A program made the translations under genes and the position numbers. A stretch of 63,569 nt of DNA, filler included, from Pirum gemmata (Eukaryota): the NCBI GenBank assembly GCA_002812295.1. It is 17 parts of 17 records of this genome, joined end to end, with 100 filler letters (N's around TTAATTAATTAA, not from the genome) between each part and the next. Parts side by side here need not be neighbours in the genome. Positions count along the whole stretch, not along the records: positions 49,091 to 53,508 come from PDIN01003003.1; positions 53,609 to 56,864 come from PDIN01003004.1; positions 56,965 to 60,239 come from PDIN01003005.1; positions 60,340 to 63,569 come from PDIN01003009.1; 13 more parts are not named here. One strand, written 5' to 3'. The notes below the pieces were generated by a model that saw only the letters and a program-made list of their open reading frames with translations, ran no database searches and was not told where the DNA came from. Shown here piece by piece: positions 52,419 to 63,569 of this stretch (position 1 is the stretch's first letter; each line of letters opens with the position of its first letter).

Positions 52419-52688
52419 CTTCCAAAATACGATTCAAATCCCATACTTCACCATTAACTTCAGCAACAATGCACTTCGAAGCCAAACCTTTACTTATACC
52501 CAAAGCTATGTCTTGTGGGGTAGTTTCCCAGGCTTTACCTTCTTTAGTACTTCCATCTGGTAAAGTAATGGTAATAGGGGTTTTTTCTTTTGCTGCAATT
52601 TCTTTTTCGTATTCAGCTTTCAAACGATCAAACATATCAACACGTGTTTGAAAATATGATGGTGGTGGGTTAAGAATGTCCATGTTTT
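52419..52688 (-). CDS. TARS1: Cytosolic threonyl-tRNA synthetase, exon encoding the N-terminal TGS domain
   Basis: PPPSYFQTRVDMFDRLK..ITITLPDGS..GKAWETTP.DIA.GISKGLA..VNGEVWDL.R.LE; AATCAG acceptor and GTTTGT donor. Confidence 0.92.
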
Positions 52689-53237
52689 CTGATTAATTAA
52701 TTTACACAATAAGATTAAAACGAATAATATAAGCTGCAAGTACGATTAGTATTTCTGTATTTTCTGATTATTTTCTAAAATGATTTTTTATAATTAACGA
52801 AGTCTTATTTATTATTTATTATTACTTTACTATCATAATATTATAGAGATGTTTTGATTCTGTGAACTCGCTCTCTGAAAACAGAAATTTTTTTTTTGCA
52901 AAAAAAAAACATGATGGAAAAAAAAAAAGAAAAAAACACCCTAGCTAGACTACTACTATGATACTACTATCAAGATACTACTAGCCAGATAGCTACTGAC
53001 TACTACTAGCTAGCTCTAGCTAGCTCTAGCTAGCTACTAGAGAGCTCTCTACTAGCTAGTAGTAGCTAGACACGGGACACGCGACATTTGCTTTGCCGCT
53101 TTTTTCGCTTGTAGATATTACCAAGTTAATTCTGCATATAAGCAAATTAAACAATTTGGTATTTGTTTATATTAAAATAATTTAATTAATGAATTTAAAA
53201 AATACCAAATAAATTTCTGAAAAGCTATCATAACTAA

Positions 53238-53307
53238 TTTAGGGTTAGGTTAGGGTTAGGGTTAGGTTAGGGTTAGGGTTAGGTTAGGGTTAGGGTTAGG
53301 GTTAGGT
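53238..53307. repeat. Mixed TTAGG/TTAGGG interstitial tract
   Basis: Seen directly. Confidence 0.85.
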
Positions 53308-54883
53308 TTTATTTATCTATGATATAGATTTAACCCTACCATAAGTTTTTAACCCTAGAGTTTTTAACCACTAGTAGCTAGCTATCGAGCTATCGATCTG
53401 AGGCTTCTGAGCTACCGATAGCTAGCTAGCTAGCTAGCTAACAGCGGGTACGATCATTAATTAATTTTATAATCATAATCATAATCATAATCATAATCAT
53501 AATCATAANNNNNNNNNNNNNNNNNNNNNNNNNNNNNNNNNNNNNNNNNNNNTTAATTAATTAANNNNNNNNNNNNNNNNNNNNNNNNNNNNNNNNNNNN
53601 NNNNNNNNTAGAGAGGAAAAACACCATTTTGTCATTTCTCGAAAAAGGCCAAATTCTGCCCGGGCAGAATTCGAAGAAGTCTAATTAGGATTTAGGAGTT
53701 TTAGTTGTGTTTTAGTTTTGTTGTTTCGTCGTTATTATACCACCTACGGTGACCTACCAGATCGCTGTACTAGCAGACAAATAAGGTTAGACCAATGGGG
53801 TGACAAATTTCAGAGATCGGTCGGTGGCTATTTTGATTCGACATTGTCGACGAATCGACAGCTATATATGGTCAACACAAACACTAACCGATTAAGGTTT
53901 TTTTTGATTGGCTGCTTTAGTTCTTAGCTGCCTAATCTTATGCTTACCTAACTAACCTTTAGAAGGCTTATAATTAATTACCTTTAGAAGTTTTTTTAAA
54001 AAACACCTTACTCTCAATATTACTCAGTGCTTAGTTAGTTAGGCTTAGTTAGGGTCTAAATTTCTCTCTAAAAGCAGTCTAAAAGTCTAAAAGCGCTTAG
54101 TTAGGGCTCCCACCTGGGGCTTTTAGTCTGGGGCTTAGTTAGGGTGTATAAATATATTGTTGGTGTTATTGTTGTTGTTGCTGTTGCTGTTGTTGTTAAC
54201 GTTGTTATTGTTATTGTTGTTGCTGTTGATGTTGATGTTGATGTTGGTGTTGGTGTTATTGTTGTTGGTATTACAGTTGTTGGTGTACATGTTGGTGTTG
54301 GTGTTGTTTTTTTATCGGCCGTTAACGCTATTGCGCTGGTTGTGGGTTCTAGTTCTGGGTGAGGATGTGGTTGTAGTTGTTGTAAATCGTGATTATAAAA
54401 TATTTGTAGGATAGGTTTTGTTTTGTGTTGTTTTGGTTAATGTTGTCATTACCGAACGAAGATTCATAATAACGAACACTAATAACCTGTAAAGATCAGA
54501 TTCTGTAAACAGAATTTGTAAACAAATATGATTTTTTAAAAGTGTATGGCGCAGTACGCCTAACATTTACCAACTTTTGAAAAGTGGCCAAATTTTTTCT
54601 GGCGGCTCGAACATTTCGAACACACTAACTTTATATATTTGAAATAGAATATTATTATTACTATGTCCTAAAAAGTTGGGGATTCTTAGACGCAATGCAC
54701 CATATATGATCTAGCTAGCTCTAGATGAAAGAGCCTACAGATAACAGGCCTAGCTAGCTAGTGGGTAACAGGAGTGTAACAGGCCTACTACTAGCTAGTC
54801 TAGTGACTCTAGTCTACTACTAGCTAGCTAGTTGACCTTATTACCCAACACAAACAAGCCCCCCCCCCCCAAAAAAAAAAAAA

Positions 54884-54915
<32 letters not shown>

Positions 54916-56558
54916 ACAAAAAAAAGTTTCTAGAGAAGGCCAATAGAAAACCCAGGAAACCGACAAAACTCACAAAACTCCCAGAGTCCAGACAAAACTA
55001 TTATGGATATTTATTTATTTCTAAAGGGATGATATTGTAGGCTATTTGTAGCTGATATTGTAGTGATATTATAACTGATATTATGATATTTATCTATTTT
55101 ATCGATATGATATAAATAAAAAATAAAAAAGAAAGGAAGAAAGGAAGTAAGCAGCAGAATCTCTAGCTAGTAGTAAGGACTGTAGCAGAAGGCGCTGTAT
55201 ATAAATATTATTTATAAAATATAAAATAAAGAGTATATTATATTATCTATTTATACGCTTAAAAATGTCAACTTTAATATTATAACCAACCAAATAAATA
55301 TTCAGAGTGACAAAATAAATGAAAAGCGCAATAATATATCATGTAGTAATTATATATAGTCTAGCAGGGGTGGATTGGTATTTTGGTCAAGGTATTTTGG
55401 TTGATGACATTGTTATAAATTAAACTTATGATGATGTTGATGTTGATATACACTACCACAGGTGTTTACTATTGATACTGGTTTACTATTTGATGTTGTC
55501 ATGTTGATTCTGATCATTATATTATTCTATCATAGTAATATTGTTCAGACCCTCCCCACCTTCTGATCCTACCAGATGAACATTTAAAGCTTTCAGATTG
55601 CGATCTAGTCCATTAAAATGGAAATGTCGAAAGAAATATTTTCAAAAAAAATCAAAAAAACCATTTTGGATTGTTTTTGCATTGACGAATAACAATTCCC
55701 CAAAATCTTTCACAATAATTTTTGTTTTTTTTTCGTTTAGGATTTTATTAGATTTATATAAATATCATATAAATTAGTTTTTTTTTTTTTTTTTTTTTTT
55801 TTTAACTACCAAGCTGAATAAAAATGGCTGATTTCCTTATGAGCTCAAATCCAAAAATCTCAAAATGAACCAATGTTAAGGAAAGTACTACCAAAAATTG
55901 AGAAACCATCTGACTAAAATAACTATATTTGGAGCCAATAACTAGTTTTTAAAAATAATTTGGCTATTTAGTATTAAAAAGTTTTCAGAAAAGAAGTCTA
56001 AAAAAAATGATTTCTACAGTTTTATCCGGCTTGGCTAAAAAAAAATATATATCAAGATTTTTTCATTTTATTTTACGCGCGCAAAAATATATCGAAAAAA
56101 AATTAATCCTACCTATTTAAAAAACTATTATGGACTCGGATGGGTTTTTTCGAAAATATATATTACGAGCTTTATAACATTGCATTTCTCGCTGCTATTA
56201 TAAATTGCGCGTGCTTGGGCAAAAAATGAAAAAAAAAAAAAAAAAAAAAAAAAAAAGAAGACTTATCGCAAAAAAATTAAAAACGCCCAACTTTTTGCGT
56301 TTCATCAGAATTTTTAGTTTTCGAATATAAGTAGTATAATAGTTATTTAATATATTTGAAATTTTGAAAAAAATAAAAAAAGTTGAAAATAAGTAAAAAA
56401 AGTAGGGCGTTTCTAGAATGTTCGCACTATATAAAAAAATGACTCATAAAAAAATTAGATATATTACATAAAAATAGTATAAATATGATAGAACAAAGTA
56501 AATAAAAAAAAAATTATTATATACATTATGAAAATAATAATAATAATAATAAAAAAAG

Positions 56559-56589
<31 letters not shown>

Positions 56590-57155
56590 AAAAAGTAGTA
56601 ATAGTATTTTAATTTACAATATTTAATAATTAATAATTAAGAAATAAATAAACATGAATAATGATAACGAAAAGACAAAAATAGTTTCCTGCATTAAACA
56701 ATGCATACAGGAAAAAACATCGTGCGTACAAAAATGTTTAAAATCTTGCAAACCCAATGTAATAAATAAAAAATGCAATATTAATATAAGAGATAAAGGT
56801 AGTTTTTGCATTAATCAAATCTTACAAAATAATAGCAATAGCAATAATAATAATAATAATAATANNNNNNNNNNNNNNNNNNNNNNNNNNNNNNNNNNNN
56901 NNNNNNNNTTAATTAATTAANNNNNNNNNNNNNNNNNNNNNNNNNNNNNNNNNNNNNNNNNNNNTAAAGTAAATTTGAAAGTACCAAATTATTATTATAC
57001 ACCAATTATAATTGATACAATTTAACAAAGTTTTCTATCATTAAATATTTGTTTGTTTATAATAAAAAAAAAAACACCAAATATTAATTTTCAACATAAC
57101 ATAAAATCGAAGTGACACACACAAAAAAAAGAAAATACATTCTTGTATAAAAATA

Positions 57156-58612
57156 TCAACCTCTCCATATACAAATCCGTTTGTTATTGGGATCAGAAAC
57201 ATAAACATTACCAGTTTGCTCATCAACAGCAACCCCTTGTGGCTTATTAAACTGGGTGACTTCATCCCCTAAACTACCAAAAGTATCAATAATTTCAAAA
57301 CGACCATTAACCAACATAACAATAGCCACTCGACTGTTATGACTATCAACCACGTACAACCTTAACGTACTCGGGTCATACACCGAGTCACATGGGACTT
57401 TAAACTTAATTCCGTCTTTCGGCGCTGACCCCTCTCTCCCTATATCTTGGACAAAAGTTACTTCATCATCTTCTTGTAGAGCATACACTTGGATACTATG
57501 ATTGTCACTATCACTTACAAATAAAAATCCTCTGGATGGATCTACAGATAATCCTAATGGGTAACGAAATTGTTCACGATCACTGCCCATTGACCCAAAA
57601 GTAGTCTCGTAGGCGAAAGCCCCCTTTTCTCCAACTTCAACATTTCCACATGAAAAAATGTTAACTTCGGATTTCAAATACTCGGAAACATAACCACGTT
57701 GGTTTTCACCATCAATTGTTATGCCTAAAATCATATTCTGACCCGCACCCAATTGTTCACCCACAAAAATTTTTAAAAAATCATATTTATCATTTGAACA
57801 ATCATAAACTACGATTCTAGAGCCGTCACAAACATAAAGTCGATTTGCGCGCGTATCACAGCATAAATCCTGAGGAAAATTCCAGTCATGTTCCCAAAAC
57901 AAAGGTTGACCGATTAATTGGGGCCCTTCGGTTATAATACTTATATCAAACACCAACACACTTTTCATACTGTTATCAGCCACAAATAATCTTCTTCGTA
58001 CAGGATGGACAGTTAACCCACGTGGGGAACGCAGATATTCGTGTTTAAAAGCAGAAAGGGCAAAAGATTTCTTCGGTGGTTTTATAGAATCGCAATCATC
58101 ATCATCATCATCATCATCATGATCATCCTCATCCTCATCCTCATCCTCGTCCTCGTCATCATCATCGTCGTCGTCCTCGTTGCTATCTTCATCTTCATCT
58201 TCATCTTCATCTTCATCTTCATCTTCATCTTCTTGTTCTTGTCCTTGTTCTTGTCCTTGTTCTTCAATCTCGTCATCATCGTCAACTTCTTCATCATCAG
58301 AGTTGTGGCTATGCTCATCCTCCTCTTCACTCTCATCCCCACTCTCATCCTCACTTTCTTCTTCTTCATCATCATCATACTCTATTAGAATGTTACCATG
58401 TTCATCAATTCTTTCATTTTTTTTCCTTCCCGTATGCCCTCGTTTTTTAATAAAGCTTTCATCTAAAATAGAAATATCCCCTTGAGCTTCAAAATATTCA
58501 GAAGAAAATTCTTCCTCCCCCTCCTCTGATTCAGCATAATCCTCTTGCAAAAGAATATTGCCGTCATGTACGTCACCATACTCATGATGGAATTGGACAG
58601 GAACATCACCAT

Positions 58613-58643
<31 letters not shown>

Positions 58644-58744
58644 GTGCTCATCATCATCATCGTGCTCATCATCATCCTCGTGCTCAACATCATCCTCGTG
58701 CTCAACGTCTTCCTCGTGTTCAACGTCATCGTCATGTTCAACGC

Positions 58745-58799
<55 letters not shown>

Positions 58800-60172
58800 G
58801 TCATCGTCGTCATCGTCTTCGTCTCCCTCCTCTTCATTATGATTATCGCCATCCTCTTCTTCTCCCTCATCCTCATCCTCATGAAGGTTATCACCAACAT
58901 CATCACCAACGTCATCACCAATGTCATCATCAATATCAACATCAACATCAACATCATCAACATCAACATCATCAGCAACACCATCATCAACATCATCAAC
59001 ATCATCAACATCATCAACATCATCAACATCATCAACATCTTCAGCGTCTTCATCAACATCATCACCAACGTCATCATCAATATCATCACCAACGTCATCA
59101 CCAACGTCATCATTGTCATCATGATTAGAAATGACGTAATGGTGGCCATCCTCATCCTCATCCTCATCCTCATCGACTTCTAACCCTTTAAACTTGTTTT
59201 TCAGAGCCAGAATTTCCCCCTCTTCGTCGTCGGAAGATATTTCAGCTTGAAATCGACTAACACTTTGCCTTATACCCATGCTGTTTGCACCATCATTGCC
59301 ATGGTTTTCTTGCCTATACTGTAGACCACCAACACTATTACTATCACTATCACTATCATTATCATTATCATTATTACCAATATCGTTTTTATTACTATCA
59401 CAATCTTCATTAACATTGTCATTATCATTACTATTATCGCTATAGCCATTATCAATATCATCAAAACTATTGTTGTTATTAGCACTATTATTATTATTAC
59501 TATTATTATCACCACTATTGTTTATACCATTGCCTCTTATAGAACTAGCTCTTGCTGAACCATGGCTACTGGCAGTATCCTCAGAGTCTTTCGTATCATT
59601 ATTTAGTCTTTCTTTTTCGTTCATATCAATCATACTTTCTTTCTTAAAATTTATAATAATATAAGATTCATCTTCGTCATCATCATTATTATTATTATCA
59701 TACTCAGAATTCTCATCCTTACGTTTTAATATATTCTCCACTTCTAAACATGGCCATATAACACTATTAGCAACATTGCCAACGTCAATGAAATCACTAT
59801 GATCACTTTCGTAGATATCTTGGACTAGTTCTTCACATGTTTCTTGAATAGATTGGCATATTTCAATTTCTTTTAGTTTTAACTGTATAACTAACAAACT
59901 AATTTTTTCGTGAGTCAGATTAATCGCTTTAGTTGCATGTTCCGAAACGAGTGATACAAGATCATCTCGTCCAAGAGCTTTTTTATCAAGCTTTTCAATA
60001 CAGTTAAGCTCGATATCATTTGTATCATTCGAATCCTTTCCGGTGTCGATATCATTATTATTATGGTAGTTATCATCATGATAATTATTAGAGCTGTAAA
60101 TATTTTCTATATTGTTATTGTCATTATAGCCTTCGTTGCTATGGCTACTATCACAGTGGTGTAAGTTATTAC

Positions 60173-60208
<36 letters not shown>

Positions 60209-60239
60209 CCTCATCTAACCCATTATCATTTCTTCTTTT
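57156..60239 (-). CDS. NHL-repeat (six-bladed propeller) protein with a very long D/E-rich region; 5'-truncated at the linker
   Basis: LRSPRGLTV, FPQDL, FRYPLGLSVD..LFVSDSDNHSIQVY, FNKPQGVAVD..VYVSDPNNKRI. The frame stays open upstream of the 59897 track start. Confidence 0.9.
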
Positions 60240-60671
60240 NNNNNNNNNNNNNNNNNNNNNNNNNNNNNNNNNNNNNNNNNNNNTTAATTAATTAANNNNN
60301 NNNNNNNNNNNNNNNNNNNNNNNNNNNNNNNNNNNNNNNATAATAATAATAATAATAATAGTAATGATAATAATAATAGTAATAACAAAGAGGGTATTTA
60401 AATAAACACTTTAATCAAACAGCTATAAAAGAGTTGTAAGTGATAAGGAAAAAAAGGAGGATAAACGATAACAATTTATTTATAATAATATTGATACTAT
60501 AACACTATTATTTTAAACAAATTCTGGTAAATAATTTATACCTCTAATTATTTTTTTTAAAAAAAATAAGTTATTATGATAATTATTCGTTTTTATTTAC
60601 AAAAAAATTAATGATAGTCTTATTATTATTCATGCCTGGTTTCTGAGCATTTCCGATAAACTTTTTTTTCA

Positions 60672-60736
<65 letters not shown>

Positions 60737-63569
60737 CTGAACATTTTCTTTTTTTTTTTTCTAGTCTTTTTGACTCTTTTTGTAACGTAACATAATATTT
60801 TTTCTAGATATTTTTTTCATTTTTATTATTATTAGGGGTGTACACAACGTCATTATAAATAATTTAGTTGGCTTTTTAGGAACTTTTTTAGGTTTTTTCG
60901 GTAAGTCTTATACAGAACAAGTCACTTTTTCTGAAGCTGATAATAACTATAATAAGCCTATAGACCCCCGTTCTAACTGCTGCAGTTACTACAGAGTTAC
61001 TGCTGCTATCCACTCGGCTAGCTTGTAGGTGCGATAATAAAATTATTTAGCAAATTTTTACTATCATACTTTTTTACTCTAGCTAACTACTAGCTGGTAG
61101 CTAGCTAGCTACGATACTCTAGATAGCTAGCTAGTTTTTACTTCTCCTAGATAGCTTTTTTACTATTCTTTTTTCTATTTTTTCTATTTTTTCTATTTTT
61201 ATTTTTTATTGATATGATATCAAACTCTCGATATCAAACTATCGTAATCAAAGACCCTAGAGCTAGCTAGAGTAGGAAAATTGATTGATAAATGAAAATC
61301 GAGAATTTTATACTAAAAAATTGTAGCCAAATCCACAAACAAAACACAAACAACAACAACTTAACAACAAACAACAAACAACAAACAAACAACAAACAAC
61401 AAACAACAAACAACAAACAACAAACAACAAACAACAAACAACAAACAACAAACAACAAACAATAAACAACACGTACACACAACAACAAATTTATTTAATA
61501 AACAACAGATTTTAATGCTTTAAATTTATATCGTTTAAGAACTTGTGTACTATTTTTGTAGTGAAATTTTTGTAGCTGCCAGGTTTTCATATGATACGTA
61601 TTTTAATATAATGTAAATGTTTTATTATATTAAAAATTTAAAGTTGCGTACTATTGTTTGTTATCTCTACCGTTATCGACATTGGTAGTCGTGACTCGTG
61701 AGGTTGTGGTTGTCTGTGGTTGTTGCTACTTGATAACGTTGCTATTGCTATATTACATTTTGTTGTCGTGTGATATTTTGTTTGCTAGTATACATATTCA
61801 AATTTAATTTGATACTTATTGATAATATTAATATATATTGTAATTAAAAATTAATTTGTCATATTATTTTTAAAAATATGCCATTATGATAATTAATAGT
61901 TAATTAATAGTAATAATAGAATTATATAAATTATAACGTGTTTTGAGTTGTCTATAGATCTCAGTTTCACAATCTAGTTGTGGTGGTCATCTACGCAAGA
62001 AAACAGAAAACACGAAAGTAAGAAAATGAGAAAACTATAGCTAACGGTTCTAGACTTCTAGTAGCTAACTTTATTTAGTTTATTCATAGTTATTTGCAAC
62101 TTGTATACTATCGATACTATATATCGAGATAATATTAATATTAATATATTATAATAATATTATTATGAAATTATATTAATAACATAATATAATATTATAT
62201 AGACCCGGGGGTCTACGTACATTAGCTACTCGTTAACTTATAAATGTTATGATATCATAATTTTAATTTTATAAATGATATTATGTGTAAAAAAAATATC
62301 AATAATTAATCAACCATTTTACAAATTATTGTCTTTACTACATTTTTACTACCGTTATCGATAGGGTTTAGATTTTAGAATGGTGCCAAGTATTTTAATT
62401 TTGGGAGTCCTTTTTTTGTAAATCAAATTTTAACTTGTATTATATATAGTTGTAGTATAGTTGTATAGCTATTATTATAATGATAAAATTTTTAATAATA
62501 AAAAAAAAAAAAAAAACTGTAACTGCATATTTATTATCAGTTTTATCATCTACTAGGTCTATAATAATTCATGAGACCTACGTATACGAGTTAAAAATAT
62601 TCAAAGCTCTTGGCTGTTGTGGCCATGGCAAAAGTTATTATTTATAAGTACGAACACTTTAATTTATGACAAGTAGCCTAAAAATATCGATTATGACATA
62701 ATATATTATATTATTATTATCATTATTTTTGTTTTACTATAGTGAGTCAGTAGTGACTAGTGAGTCTCTATAATGTATCATGATAGGTATTTATAACTAA
62801 CTATTATTATGATATTGTAGAACTATTGTAGAACTTGGACTACTTTTCATTTTTTTTGTCACTTCGAATATTTATTTGGTTGATTATAATATTTAAATTG
62901 ATATTTTTAAATGAATAATTAGATAATAAATTATACCAAATTAAATGAAATTAATTTCTATTGTATTAATTTGGTACTTTTTATTGTTATTATAATATAT
63001 GATACCATATCAAAAAAAAACAAAGAAAAAAACTGAATGAAAAACTTGAAATGAATAATAAAAAGCTATGACTAGGAGTCTGGACTCCATTATTACCATA
63101 TATAGCTATTAATATATAAGAAAAAAAAATTCAAAAAAAAAAAAAATAATAAGAAAAAAAGTTTTTTTTCTTAATTTTTCAAAAAAGCACAGCCTCGCTA
63201 GCTAGCTAGATCTAGTCTACTAGAGACTAGATTGATAACTACTACTAGCTAGCTAGCTAGTCTAGTAGAGGAGCCTCTCTAGCTAGCTAGCTAGCGGAGC
63301 GGCGGAGCCTTGAAGTTATAGTCTATGATATCATATCTATCATAGACTATCCGCCGTCGAAAAAAAAAAGGGGTGACTAACAAACGGAACGCGATGCTAA
63401 CACTATACTAACGCGATGCTGACTTTCAGCTAAAAAATAGGAACCATCAGCTGTTGAACTGTCTATTGTATTTGTTAGCAAGCAAGAATATATATTGTCA
63501 TGATTATCGATATTTATCGTACTGACTCTACTGACTGTTGAGTCTCAAACACTATTATTATTATTATTA

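Noticed and set aside
56654..56797. Cys-rich short ORF or exon (CIKQC..CVQKCLKSC)
   Set aside because: Too short, cut by a linker and without a recognisable family.
1..63569. tRNA/rRNA genes and a non-standard genetic code
   Set aside because: No cloverleaf or rRNA-like sequence recognised by eye; long ORFs end normally in TAA, TAG and TGA.

Overview
AT-rich eukaryotic draft DNA with the standard genetic code, GT-AG introns and TTAGGG-type repeats. The window is not contiguous: about 17 short contigs/scaffolds of ~3-6 kb are joined by 16 artificial ~100-nt N..TTAATTAATTAA..N linkers, so linkage across linkers is meaningless. A GLT8D-like gene and TTAGGG repeats fit an opisthokont, possibly a unicellular holozoan, but the taxon cannot be fixed from this window. 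Coding content: the 3' end of a GT8 glycosyltransferase; a secreted R-S-E (cholera/pertussis-toxin-like) ADP-ribosyltransferase that appears to splice into an unannotated downstream exon; a secreted Cys-motif protein; an intronless LRR single-pass receptor; a threonyl-tRNA synthetase TGS exon; a very acidic NHL-repeat protein; and several isolated exons. Mobile DNA: an integrase/chromodomain-only Ty3/gypsy element with two LTR copies, a decayed Sola-like DDD transposase, a probable non-LTR remnant, and at least seven MITE families. Non-coding DNA carries about 20 interstitial telomeric tracts and pervasive CTAG-rich palindromic 'scar' sequence. Comparing paired repeats suggests that divergence here is dominated by small, often palindromic, templated insertions. 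Most ORFs in the supplied track are microsatellite translations.
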